Shown: positions 13,270-25,909 of the stretch, piece after piece
Layout of the letters: the number at the start of each line of letters is the position of its first letter
How positions within the stretch are numbered: position 1 is the stretch's first letter
Assembly: GCF_020745735.1 (NCBI RefSeq)
Contig: NW_026867633.1
Coordinates: 682,001 to 746,000, forward strand
Length of the DNA: 64,000 bases
Direction: 5' to 3'
DNA from: Hemiscyllium ocellatum
Taxonomy: Eukaryota
Notes under the pieces: model-generated
What the model was told of the DNA's origin: nothing
The model's input: the letters and a program-made list of their open reading frames with translations, nothing else
Database searches by the model: none
Made by a program: the position numbers and the translations under genes

Positions 13270-14050
13270 GGCCTGTGATCGAAACACCCGGTGAGTGGCA
13301 CGCCAAGCCTTCCTCCATTCGCAAAAGTAAGACTGACCATTACTGACTGTTTCCTACCTCTCAGCCAATTGGTTTTATCCATATTTGACTTGGGATTGTT
13401 CACTCTAACATTTGGATGCGAGATTCCGATCACATCCGCTTTAAATAACTTGAAATTACCTTGCACTATGCTCCTGATTATAGGCCACTTAGCACGCTGC
13501 CTCCCCAACGTCATCAACAAATGCTACAAGGATAGCTACAGCGTGTTTAGGCACCAAACAAAGACTGCTCTACTCTGTACCCCCAAGAAAAAAAAAAGAT
13601 AGTAACAGTTGGGTTTAGATACAGAGGAACATTCTCTCTATCGACCCACCATCAAACAATCCCAGGACTGGAACAGAAAGTGATTACAGAGTAAATCTTC
13701 CCGAATAATGTCCCAATCACTCGGGTCCACGTCAGAGAGAGCTTTCCAGAACACAACGTTGTCATCAAGCACTCTCAGGCAGTTTCCCCACTCGGTTAGT
13801 TACAGTGAAAGTCTGCATTCACAGTATCCTCATTAAAACACAATCAGGATGTGCATAGCACCGGTTTAGAAACAGAGACATTGCGATTCGATGATTGTGT
13901 AAAAAATATTATTCAACTTCCGCCATTTTAACGCCTGTCCCTTGCCATAATTCTCACGTCATCCTGATAATTCACCACCCTGGTGAAGTTACATGTCATC
14001 AAGCAGAGAAGCATGAAATTTGAACATTCAAATATTTTGTGCATTATAGA
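13270..14050 (-). repeat. Inverted paralogue of GPCR 3' flank (matches about 31070-31835)
   Basis: Colinear similarity by eye: ATAATGCAC...TATTTGAATGTTCAAATTTCATGCT, ACAATCATCGA, CCTATAATCA(G/A)GAGCATAGT and CCCAAGT.AAAT are shared in the same order. The segment includes decayed CTCTGTATCTAACC-type satellite units. Confidence 0.8.
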
Positions 14051-15710
14051 AAATAGAACATACAACATTAAAATGCAGTACAGAACCTTTGGCCCTCGAT
14101 GTTGCGCTGACATATGGAATCAATCTAAATGTCATTTTTCCTACACTATTCCATTTTGATGAATATGTTTATCCAATGACCATTAAAATGCACTTAAATT
14201 TGACGAGACTACCATGTTGCTGCAAGTTCATTCCACTCCCCTACTTCATTCTGAGTACGGAAGCTTCTTCTGCAAACTTTTCTATATTTACTTCCCTCAT
14301 TGTAAAGCTATGTCCCTTTGTGATAGACATCACCATTCAAGGCTCTCACTGTCCACCCTATCTAAACTTTTGATAAGCTTATACGTCTCAATTAATTCAC
14401 CTCTCAACCGTCTTCTCACTAACGAAAACAGCATCAAGTTCCTCACACTTATTCATAAGACCTTTCTCCAACCAAGACAAGACTCTAATAAATCTCCTCT
14501 GAAACATTTTCAAAGCTTCCACATCATTCCTATAATTTTGTGACCAGAGCTACATGCAATACTCCAAGCGCGACCACACGAGAGTTTTGCACAGCTGCAG
14601 CATCACATCGTGGCTCCAAAACTCAATCACTTTATCAATAAAAGCGAACACACCATATGTCTTTTTAACAATTTATTAACCCGGATGTCAACTTTCAGTG
14701 ATCTATGTATATGAATACTGCGATCTCTCTAGTCGTCTACACTATTAAGTGTCTCACTATTAGTCCTGTAATCTTTATTCCTGTTGCTCCTTCCAAGCTA
14801 CATTCAACTTCATTTGCACCCTCTCAGCCAATGCTCTGCAGCTTATCGATTTACCTCGGTAACCTGCAACATGCTTCACCACTACCTGCGTCTCCACCGA
14901 TCTTCACATTGAACACAAATTTACTACCCTATCCTTCTCCTTGGTAATCTCGGTCGTTAATAAAAATGACAAATAGCAGTGGACCCAAAACAGGTCCTTG
15001 CGCGATACCACCATGAACTGAACTCCAGGTTGAACGTTTCCCATCAACCACCACCATATGTCTTATTTTAACGAGCCAACTTATGATCCAAAACGTTAAA
15101 TCACCTCAATTCCATGCCTCCTTTTTTTTGCAATATCTTACCGTGGGGAGCCTTATCAAACGCCTTGCTAAAACCCAAATACACCTCAACAACCGTTTTA
15201 TCCTCATGCATCTGTTTGGTCACCATATAAAAGAACTCAGCAAGCTTTGTGAGGCATGAACTACTCTTCACAAAACTGTGTTGATTATCTCTAATCAATA
15301 TATATCTGCTCAAGATGATTAAACTCCTATCTCTAACAACCTCTTCCGATACTTTACCCACAACCAAAGTAAGGCTCACTGGTGTAAAATACCAGGGCAG
15401 TCTCGACACCCCTTTTTGAACAAGGTAAAAGCATTTCCTATCCTCCAGTCTACTGACGATATTCCTGGAGACAATGACGACGTAAATATCAAAGCCGAAC
15501 TGTCTGCAATCTTCTCCCTGCTGTCTCAGAGAATATTTGGATAAATCCCCTCCGGCCCAGGAGACTTTACATAATTGCTAACACCTCCTCCTTTCGGACA
15601 TCAATCCTGACGAGTCTAACCGTCTCTATCTCAGAATTTTCACCAACAAAATTTTCTTTTACCTATGTGAATACCAATGAAAAATATTCTCATGCCATTT
15701 TCCCCCGATT
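14050..15710 (-). mobile_element. CR1 LINE (RT domain and 3' end), degenerate
   Basis: ORF 15101-15409: PVSLTLVVGK...NQHSFVKSSSCLTKLAEFF...VYLGFSKAFDKAPH. The 3' tail lies at about 14050-14100. Confidence 0.92.
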
Positions 15711-15889
15711 ATTCTCAGGTCTTTCTTTAGGTCTGTGGGTAACTTGTAGCTTTCAAGCACAATAACTGAGCCTTCTTGTCTTATCTTAGCATCAGCCTAC
15801 CCCTTTCTCCTCAATATGTAGCCTTCATGGAAGATCAGGAATTGAATACTTAAAATGATGAGGAATTCGGCTTCAGTACAATTGCAGGA

Positions 15890-16271
15890 TATGTTAACTA
15901 GGTCAGGTCTCAGAGCGTTACCTGGCTTAATGTGTTATTCCTTGAATATTTCCAATGTTTGCATGTGGTGTTTCACCACTAAAGCAAATTTAAACACATC
16001 CGTCGATGTTCTTTTACATGAGAGTATAGTTTTATTACGTGATAGAAATGAAGAAGCTGTAGAAGGTAGTTTGAAACACACAAGCACAAACATTGAAACA
16101 CAACTTCAAACTGTTTACGAGTATCATGCAAAACAACTGATACTCAAGACCGGAGCAACAACATTCACAACTCATTGCTTCAGTGACACTTTCCAGATCA
16201 TGTTGACAGGATATTTCTTATTCACTAATAATTTGTCTTGGATGGACATCAATGATTCTGGTGGATTATAC
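15890..16271 (-). repeat. Inverted paralogue of GPCR 3' flank (matches about 30650-31045), ending at the gap
   Basis: The reverse complement shares TTGCTC.GG.CTTGAGTATCAGT, AGTTTGAAG, CACGTAAT, TGGAAA.ATTCAAGG and TAACG.TCTG in order with 30780-31030. Confidence 0.8.
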
Positions 16272-16732
16272 NNNNNNNNNNNNNNNNNNNNNNNNNNNNN
16301 NNNNNNNNNNNNNNNNNNNNNNNNNNNNNNNNNNNNNNNNNNNNNNNNNNNNNNNNNNNNNNNNNNNNNNNNNNNNNNNNNNNNNNNNNNNNNNNNNNNN
16401 NNNNNNNNNNNNNNNNNNNNNNNNNNNNNNNNNNNNNNNNNNNNNNNNNNNNNNNNNNNNNNNNNNNNNNNNNNNNNNNNNNNNNNNNNNNNNNNNNNNN
16501 NNNNNNNNNNNNNNNNNNNNNNNNNNNNNNNNNNNNNNNNNNNNNNNNNNNNNNNNNNNNNNNNNNNNNNNNNNNNNNNNNNNNNNNNNNNNNNNNNNNN
16601 NNNNNNNNNNNNNNNNNNNNNNNNNNNNNNNNNNNNNNNNNNNNNNNNNNNNNNNNNNNNNNNNNNNNNNNNNNNNNNNNNNNNNNNNNNNNNNNNNNNN
16701 NNNNNNNNNNNNNNNNNNNNNNNNNNNNNNNN
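16272..16732. other. Assembly gap (461 N)
   Basis: Run of N. Confidence 1.
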
Positions 16733-17069
16733 TCAGTTGATCGGTCAAAGGTGCTGTCAGTGTAATGCAAAGATGTGTGCTTATTTTAACACAAGATGTA
16801 TCAACAATAAGGATGATGAGTTTAAAACATATTTTTTCACTATAGTGTGACCATTGCGGAACCTTGTTTATCACAAGGACAGGAATGGTTGTTGGACATT
16901 CCAGTGTTCAGATGTTTCAAAAGGAAAGGAGGGAAGTAAAAGAGGTAAAAGTTGTGGCATTGCTATTCGGGAATAGTATCACAAATATAGACAGCGAGGT
17001 CGTTGACGAGTGTTTGTATACAGAGTTAGTATGGGTGGTAGTCAAAAACAGGAAAGGAGCAGTTGCTTA

Positions 17070-17615
17070 GAGAGTCATAGCGATGTAGAGCATGGAAACA
17101 GATCCTTTGGTCCAACCCGTCCATGCCGACCAGATATGCCATCCCAATATATTCCCACCTGCCATCACCCCGCCCATATCCCTCTAAACCCTTCCTATTC
17201 ATATACTCATCCAAATGTCTCTTAAATGTTGCAATTGAACCAACCTTGACCGCATCGTCTGGCACCTTATTCCATACACGTACCACCCTCTTCGTGAATA
17301 AGTTGCACCTTAGATCTCTTTGATATCTTTCTGCTCCCACCCTAAACGTATGCCCTCACGTTCTGGACTCCCATACCCCAGGGAAAAGACTTTGCCTATT
17401 TACCTATCCATAATTTTGTAAACCTCTATAAGGTCACCCGTCAGCCTCCAACACTCCAGGGAAAGCAGTCCCAGCCTGTTCAGCCTCTCCTTATAGCTCA
17501 AATTCTCCAGCCCTGGCAACATCCCTGTCAATCTCTTCTGAACCCTATCAAGTTTCACAACATCTTTCCGATAGGAAGGAGACCAGAATTGCACGCAACA
17601 TTCCAACAGTGGCCT
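17070..17615 (-). mobile_element. Younger CR1 3' end nested in the older CR1
   Basis: ORF 17400-17606 (ECCVQFWSPSYRKDVVKLDRVQKRLTGMLPGLE) with a GACTCT-type tail at about 17070. Same subfamily as 39722-40941. Confidence 0.92.
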
Positions 17616-17869
17616 TCACTGGGAGTGTTCGACAGCATCCGTACAGCAACAGAGGCACAAAGGAACAAATAACGGGGTAGTGTTTATAGGTGAGTTTAGC
17701 TTATCTCACATTGTTTAGAAACTCATTAGTTCAAATAGTTGGAATGGAGCAGTCCATTATTTGTCAGGTGTGTTCAAGACGGGTTCCTGACTCAGTGCTT
17801 AGATAGGCTCATGAGAGGGGAGGCTATTTTGGATTTGGTGCTTGGCAACAGGTGCTTCTCAGTGTTTGT

Positions 17870-18172
17870 GTGTGGCATGGTGTTTGAGGGGATAGCACTG
17901 CTCGCTCGGGACGCAGGTTCGATTCCAGCCTATGATGGGAGGTCGCATATTCTCACCATGGTTATGTGGCTCCTCTCTGGGCGTTCTGGTTTCCACCCAA
18001 AAACCAAAATATGCAGTTTAGGTGAATTAGCCGTGCTAAATTTCCCGTAGTTTCATGTGCATTAGTCAGGCGTTAATATGGGGAAAGGGTCTAGGTTAGT
18101 TAGTCTTCGGATGGTCGTGTGGACTTGTTGGGGTGACGCACCTGCTTCCATACTGTAGGGAATATAATCTAA
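17870..18172 (+). mobile_element. HE1-type tRNA-derived SINE
   Basis: A box-like GTGGCATGGTG, B box GGTTCGATTCC, core GGTGAATTAGCCGTGCTAAATT, and a CR1-like tail CTGTAGGGAATATAATCTAA. Confidence 0.8.
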
Positions 18173-18535
18173 GCGAAAGCAAGCCATTCTAGGTGTTTGA
18201 TCTCTCGGTGGGAGTGCATTTCGTGGATAGTGATCATATCTCCCTCACATTTACCATACTCATGAAGATCAAGATGAGCATACAGAATAGGAAAATATTT
18301 AATTGATGGAAGGAATAGTTGGAGGACCTGTGTTGCCTAAAGTGGGAGCCGATGTACTCAGGGAAATGCAAGATAGACTATTAAGGGGTTTAGGCATCAT
18401 GTGCTGATAATACTACTTGGCTTGATGCCACTGAGGCAAGAAAAGAATGTTTGGTTGAAAGAACCGTACATGGCCAGGATGTGGAACAGCTAGTCAAGAG
18501 GTACAAGGAAGCTTTCTCAATGTTGAGTCGGCAAG

Positions 18536-19960
18536 GATCAGAATCGAGAGTGTCGTGCTGGAAAAGCACAGCAGGTCAGGCAGCATCCAAGAGCAGTAGA
18601 ATCGACGTTTCGGGTATAAGGCAATGTCACGGCCGTCGTGCTTGACACCACTTTCGCCCCCATGGACACCGATGTAGGCCTCACTTGCACTCCATTTGCA
18701 AGGGTCACTTTTGGTTCTTACGTCACCACCGACTGTATAATCACGCCCACTCATGACTTTCACAGCGCCCCCCATCCAACTCCTGCCCAACCCCAGGTCC
18801 TAGCTTCCAGCCCTGCCTTGTGTTTACGTTTCCCTCTGATTTCTCTCTCTCTGAGGATGAACGTTTAGTCCTCAGTAAAGGCCTCAGCTTCATTCCTATC
18901 CGCTCCCAGGTTAATGAGTTCGACACAAGTCATAAACTTGAAATTTTCTTCTGACACCTCCTCCTCCGAGCTCATTTTTTCAATCAAGAGTCCCGCCCAA
19001 CCACCGAATGCCGCTTCCCTTGCCTCCAAAGCTGCTCCCCATCCACATGGACACCCCCGGGCTGGCCTGTTATCCGCACTTAACCTCTTCATTTATAACT
19101 GCCACTGTAATATTGACCACCTCAAACTGTCCACCCCTTTCATTCACTCCAATCTCTCGTACTCACAATGTGCAGCCCTATATTCCTTCTGCTCCAACCA
19201 TAGTCTCACCATCAAACCTGAAAACAAGGTGTGGTGCAGGAGTAGTTTGCTGCATCGATCTCTCCACCACTGAAGCGAGACTCCAACTCGCATTCACCTC
19301 CACCTACTGCACCCTCAACCACGACCTGACCTTCTATCGTCAAATCTCATCCACCACCTCATCAAATCCGGGGATCTCCCATCCATCGCCTCCAACCACA
19401 TTGTTTGTAAACGCCACACTCTCCGATTCTACTTCCTAACAAAGATTTAAAAAACTTACTTCCCCGGTTGACCCATAGTCTGCATCCGTCTCACTGAACA
19501 CATTTCTGTATCGCTTAACACCATCCAGCTCCCCCAGTGCAGGAACTCCCCACCTACATTCGGGATTCCACCCAAGTTCTTCACTTCGTCTATCATTTCA
19601 TTTCCCCGACCTCAATGCCTCATAATCACCATGGGAATCCTCTACATATCCATCCGCCACAACGGAGGCGTCCAAGCTCTCCATTTCCTCCCCTTACGCT
19701 GTTCCATACAGTACACTTCCACCGGCACCCTCAACCGTCTGGATGGATTGGTCCGCACCCTGAACAACTTCTCCTTCCAATCCTCCCACTTGCACCAAAC
19801 CAAAGGGTAGCCACGAGCACCCGCATTAGACCAAGTTATGCCTGCCTCTTGGTCTTGAAACAGTCCATCTTCCATAGCGACACTGCCACCACTCCCCACC
19901 ATTTCCTTCGCTAAATTGATGACTGCAACGGCGCTACCAACAAAGATTGAAGCAAGCTTT
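18536..19960 (+). mobile_element. Penelope-like element: inverted pseudo-LTR piece plus frameshifted RT
   Basis: Frame-switching reads LSEDER*VLSKGLSFIP..., LTIKPENK, RFYFLTKI, QELPTYIRDSTQVL, QTKG*PRAP, FLR*IDDC. These correspond to PLE RT motifs. The ORF is preceded by a truncated antisense pLTR (18536-18620). Confidence 0.9.
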
Positions 19961-20829
19961 CCCAAGCGCAGATCCATGGTCCTGTAAGATTAACAAATGT
20001 CAACACATGCAATTTGGTCCTTCTTTATTTATAGATGGATTGTTCGTTCCTACTAAATTTATAACGCACATAGAGAATTGCAAGCAAATGATAGATGTTA
20101 CATCACCTACACGATAACTACTGGAGATAATTTGAATTAATTGAGAGCTGCTAACATTGTTGGTACTGATCTACGTTCCTGAGAAAACTGCAGAAGAACC
20201 ACATGGAAACAACTAAGGACGTTGGAAATATTGGTTTCCTTGACCATCAAGGATTTGTACATAATGCTGACTCTCACAAACACATTCATTCTAAAATAGT
20301 CTCGCATAGGTTTTCTCAAATGTTGTTTCTTCATCCAATATAATGACTCAAAGTCGCACACCCAGTCTCTCTCATCCTCGAACATGCACATTCAGTTATA
20401 TGCTTGCTGCAGTCATTGGACATAACACAACTACTCACACACCATTTCCTATGTACAGTTGCTGACAGCCATGAAAATTCCTGTCAGCCACATCCATGCT
20501 GTCTCTCACATGCACATGCAATGGCACTGACTCATTTTCGCTCCCACATACAATCTCTTGCACTGGAAACTGAAACTGGAGCACAATGCAAACGCGCACA
20601 CATACTTTCGCAAACTGTCACATATTTGCTCAATCACATGCCCATACGTTGTCCGATAATACAAACTTTCTCAGGGCATGTGGAAAATCAACGTTTAAAG
20701 GAGTCTGCAATGTACCTTCTGGATGGTACAACCACCACAACTGCACATCATTGGTGGATTCATTGGATCATGAACGTAGGGGCTACTTCCCTTATGTATC
20801 ATGATATATCGAATTTTCTTTTCCTGCAG

Positions 20830-21690
20830 CTAATATAGCAACGATTATGATCCCATTCGGTGGAAACGAGGACTTACCAGACATGTGATTCCGTACCTAG
20901 TGGCCATGGCGATGGCAGATTTGCTGGTAGTGGTTCTTGACCTGACACTGTGACATATTTTTACTCCTTATTTCAGAACACTTTCTTTCCTGACCAACAT
21001 AGATGTGTGTAACATTCTCGCTGTCCTCCTTTATGCAGCATCTGACTGCTCAGTTTGTTTTAACGTCGCTTTGATTTCGATTGATGTGCGGCCATTTGAT
21101 GCCAAAAGCTGAAACCTAATTATTGTAGTGAATTATTGTAGGCCTCATTGTTCGGAACACTGATTGTACTGAGGTATTTAAAAAAAAGTCATCTGGTATT
21201 TTAAGTATAACAGTAATTATGGTTTCTCAAATTGTCCTGTGTTTTGTGGTACAGAATTTCGTTATGCAAATTTAAAGTTATATACCGGAATTGAAGGTTT
21301 TCAATACATTCTCACACCTTGTGTTCCATTCGTCCTGTTTTTGTTACTGAACATTTTTTCAATCAGTCACATTTCAGCGAGAAGCATAGCCTACAAGAGA
21401 CTCAGTTCTCACAGCAATGGGAAAAGTGCAAGATTCGAAGGAAACTATGATTTTATTGTTTGCTATTACTGTAAGTTTCATTCTGTTGTGCACAGCCTTT
21501 ACAGTGACTTCGATATTTGAGTGAAAGGATAATCTGGGGTATATGATGTATGTCCCGCCCCGTGCATCCAGGAATTAGGATTCAATCCACAGCTCCAACG
21601 TGGCTGCACAAACACTGGGATCTACACTGCGACCCATGCTAAGTTCAGGGGACGATTATAAAATGTATACAAATACAGCTTCAGTATATT
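20830..21690 (+). pseudogene. GPR139-like GPCR pseudogene, copy 1 (main coding exon)
   Basis: Acceptor TTTTCCTGCAG|CTAAT, then sequence colinear with 29023-29900 (YLVAMAMADLLVV, DVCNILAVLLYA, QKLKPNYCSE, YILTPCVPFVL, CTNTGIY, AKFRG) with multiple stops and frameshifts. A possible exon-1 relic starts at the ATG at 20710. Confidence 0.93.
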
Positions 21691-22080
21691 TGTTACCATG
21701 GCGATGTTAGATCTGCTGGTGGTGATCCTTGACCCGATATTGCGACATATTCCTATTCTTTATTCAGGACACTTCCCTTCCTGACGGACATGGATGTGTG
21801 TAACATTCTCTCTGTCCTGCTTTATGCAGCATGTGACTCCACAGTTTGGTTCACCTTCACATTCACTTCGATTGATGTGTGGCCATTTGAGTGAAAGGAT
21901 AATCTGGGGTATTTGATGTACGTGCCCGCATGCATCCAAGAATTAGGAATCAATCCCCAGCTCCAAAGTTGTTGCACAGACACTGGGATCAACAGTCTGA
22001 CCCAGGCTAAGTTCAGAGGCGATTCTAAAATGTATCCATCTATACGTTCAGTCTAAAACCTAAAATGATGAAACAGTGAA
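21691..22080 (+). pseudogene. GPR139-like GPCR pseudogene, copy 2 (TM2-TM3 fused to ECL3-TM7)
   Basis: VTMAMLDLLVVILD...DVCNILSVLLYA...VWFTFTF, then a direct jump to the GTGAAAGGATAATCTGGGGT segment and the TM7/helix 8 sequence. Confidence 0.9.
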
Positions 22081-22554
22081 AGCACTGATTTCTTCCTGGT
22101 TTCGCTAATGAATGGTGCAGAAACTCTTGAACATCAAATTACTGCACGTATTTAGTATTTTATGCCTTCTTTCATGCCCTTGGTATGTACTTTTTGAGGC
22201 ACTGTCAATGCCATGATGATGTGGGTGGATTAGGAAAAGTTGTAGACTGGATCATGCATGGACGAGATATGGTTAGTTGCAGTGGTATTGAGCTCGAAGC
22301 TATAGTGTGCGTACATATTCAGTCGCTGGGTAGTATTGGATAATGATTTGTTACATTAAGAGTGAATGGAACGGAATCATTCTGAGGCAGCCCTTCTGAA
22401 TTTATGCAAAGTATTCTGGAGTTAGTACGACCTGCTGACTATGAGCGTCGCAAGTGAAGGGCGTGAATGGTAATGGCTTTGACACTGATTCTGCTGGACA
22501 ATGGTTCTTTGTCTTAGATAATAGGTGCTGACACATCTTTCAAAATATTTGTCA

Positions 22555-23340
22555 GTCGAAATATTGATCTGTTTATCTCGCAATATCTGTGCATTGAAAT
22601 ATCTGACTTTCTAAACATCTGTCTCCCTAAATATAGATTTATTCATATGCTGATCGATTCTTCTGTGTATCTATACATCGATCTATCTTTCCATTTGTAA
22701 GCAGATGAATGCATCTGTTCCGCGGTTTATCTGTCTGTCTGACTGTCTCTGTCTCTCCAGATAACTCTCTATCTCTCACCCTCTCTATCCCAATATCTAT
22801 CTGTCTGTCTTCTTATGTATCCATCTACTGTTTATCTGTCAGTCTGCCGATCCATATTTCTCTCAAAATATCTAACAATCAAATGCTTGTCCATTTGTCT
22901 GTCCATCTATGTCGATACGTTTCTGCCTGTTTGTTTGTCTATTTATCAGTCCAGCTATATATCTATATTTCTCTCACTCTGCAAATATCCGTCATCGAAA
23001 TATCCGTTAATCTATCTGTCTATATGTCTATTCAACTGTCAGTCTGTCTATCCATCTCTTCATGTCTATGTATCTGACTGTCTATGTTTATCGTTCTCCC
23101 AAATATTGGTTTATCTAAATATCTGTCTACTTGCCTGTCTATCAATCTATCTATCTATCTGTCTGCCGGTCTATCTATCAGTCTGCTTGTACATGAGTAT
23201 GTATATCTCCGTCTCCAAACATGTGTGTTCTATATGTCTGTCTACCTATTTGCTGAGATATCCAGCTATCTAAATATTTATCTAATTGTCCGTGCGTGCA
23301 TCGATTTGTTATTCTTTATCTGTATCAGCCTACATAATAT
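22555..23340 (+). repeat. Degenerate (TCTA/TCTG)n microsatellite field
   Basis: Repeated tatctatc and ctgtctgt motifs. A shorter equivalent lies at 30480-30640. Confidence 0.85.
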
Positions 23341-25909
23341 CCAAAGATATTTGGAAGCAGTAAGGCTGGTAGATAATTAGGGTAATAAAGCAAAGTTGAT
23401 TGTATTAGACCAGACGTTGAAGACACACTGATGTTAGAATGGATCTGCAAATAACGTCAGCCATTGCAACGATAGTGATAGGTACAGACATCAAAATCGT
23501 GTTTGATAAATCTACTGGAATTCTTCAGTTCAAAGATCGTCAATACATCGAGGGTCGAAGAGTCTGTTCTCTGCGGTGTTATTCTATGTTCTATCTTGTA
23601 GGTTGAAAATGATGTGCAAGTTAACCAACGGCGATGTGAGGGAAAACTTTCTTACATAGTGTGTAGCTAGAGTCTGGAATTTACTCTCTGACAATGTGGT
23701 GGAGGCACCTTCAAGAGGGGATGAGATGGTTATTAGAAATGGACTGCAGTGATAAGGGGAAAAGGCATTGGATTTTCACTCGAGGTGGGATTTATTGCAG
23801 GTTCCATTAATCGAATGACCTCCTATGATTTTTGATGAATTTGGACTAACAAGCTTAATGCCAGTCACATACAATTGCAGGTCAATAGTTGGGTAATGAG
23901 ATTAGAGTTGGTCATTACGTGGACTCAATGGACAGAGATTTGACACCATGCAGGGATATAACAACTTTCCATCTCACACCTCCCCCCGCCCCCACCTCGC
24001 CAAAGTTTTATCAATATGACAAAAGCTAACATTCACTCTCCCAACAGGTTATAACAGCTACAAGAAAACAATGCAGCCTTCTCCGACTTTACCTTCCACA
24101 GACACTACTGGAATGACAAGTGATAGCAGAAAATGAGAGAGTGCGGGTAAGGTGGGGTCACCCATAAACACGCACTATCCCAATTGATAATGATCGCGTC
24201 CGCTTATTCAGTGCCGCAGGGTCCAAAGCTTGGCCCTTCCTAATGATGACAGGGTCTCCACTCCACGTGGGACACGCAATATTTCAAGAACATGACTCAT
24301 ATTCGTCTCCTCTGCTGCTCTGGTGATTAGAGTCAGGCGATAAATGCTAGGTATCGTCTTTGCTACCTATGCATCATGATTGAATTGAAAATAACGTCGA
24401 ACGACTTCGTTCCAGGAAGCCTGTGATATTTCCACTTGAGCATAGTGGTGTGGCAATTTCTTCTCCAATTGTCTCCATTCATGAAACCACTCAGAAAGTG
24501 GGACGTGAACCCCTCTCAGTCCCTTGCATTATCCACAGCCTCAATCAAACAATGGGCCAGCTGGGAGCAAGTTCAGCGATGCAAGCACAGTCTGAATAGT
24601 CTCCTCACCCCTGTTCTGACAATGGAGGTACGATGGTTTACAAAGAACCGTTTTCCTTCGTGGTTAGTTTTTGATTCTCCGATTTCGTGATAAAAAAAAT
24701 CGAAGTTCCAACGTAAATAGGAGAACGGGAAAGGTAGTCGATCCCAGGAGTTGTTCCATCTATTCAATCAGATTTCAGCAGATCGCTCCCATTTTCACCA
24801 ATCCCTTTGCAACTTCATCATACGCCTCCTGGAAAACATTGAACGGTTTGGCCTCGACCTCTTTTTGTGGCCGACAATTCCACAATTTTATCACACTCTC
24901 TGGAAGAAGGAATTTCTCCTTCTCTAGGCCTACCAAATTTCCTTAGCCTGTGAACATCACAACCACGCAGTTCTGTACTACTCCGACCATCGGGAACATA
25001 CACTTTGCATTGTCCGTGTCTGTCCTCTTAGGACTTTATAGGTTTGTCTGTAATATCCAATCCCCAGCACGACTTTCTTGTCTTTCCCCATAAGCATAGG
25101 TTCCCTACCGAATTTAAAACCTGTCAAGCTCAGCCTCGACATCCCTCAGCGGTAAGTATTTAATCAGGTTCACTCGACCATGAGCGGTGGAATTTGTTCT
25201 CATATCAGCCTCCAATGAGTGAACACCTTTCTGTAGGTTTGTGCCCGCTGACCGTGTGCAGTCCACGTGCAGTACGCCCACACGTAATGGCTTTCAGGAA
25301 GACGTTCCAGGCTTTGGATGCAGAGACGCTGAATGAGTATCAATGAAATTTCAAGTCATGCACAGACTTAATGGTTTGCAGAACCTGTTCTGTACTGTCT
25401 GATTCTGTGATTCGGTGACACTGGCTATAAGGATGATAGAGGCAGAAGCTTCCATATTTTTGAAAAAAAGTGCGCTTGCAATGCAAAAGCATCAAAGGCT
25501 ATGATACAACTGCTGGAATATGGAATGAGAATAGTTTATTTCTTGTTTGTGACTGTTTTGGACATTTTAGTGTCAACGATTTTACTGTTATAGACCTCTA
25601 TTTCCTGATGACACATAAATGACATATAAATTGGCATTCTATTGTTTGTGAGGGCTTCCTTCCCTTCATCTCTCTTCACCAGCTTGCACTCACCTCACTG
25701 CCGGAGTCACAGTGCAACCAATACATCGCCTGCAAAATATCTGATTCACTAGTTAAAGGCTTCAAGTAAAGCTGCTAGTGTGGGAACATAAATCAGATTT
25801 CTGCAGGGGTTTAGGCTGGGTACGGGAAAGAATGGTACATCATCTGTTACGTCCTGTTGTCCAAAGACACCTGCTACTACCATGCACACCCACAAGCTGT
25901 CCAGCCGAC

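Larger units (their letters stand above)
16765..18520 (+). mobile_element. CR1 LINE ORF2 endonuclease region, interrupted by nested insertions
   Basis: KMCAYFNTRCINNKDDEF...; VWVVVKNRKGAV...; QDGFLTQCLDRLMRGEAILDLVLGN...; GVHFVDSDH. These are APE-endonuclease motifs. Confidence 0.85.

Noticed and set aside
15855-16874. Long ORFs of 162-331 aa
   Set aside because: Artefacts of reading through the N-gap.
20404-20838. 144-aa ORF upstream of the pseudogene
   Set aside because: Mostly decayed CA-rich low-complexity sequence. It crosses the splice acceptor out of frame with the GPCR.
22709-23380. Hydrophobic, membrane-protein-like ORFs
   Set aside because: Translations of the TCTA/TCTG microsatellite.
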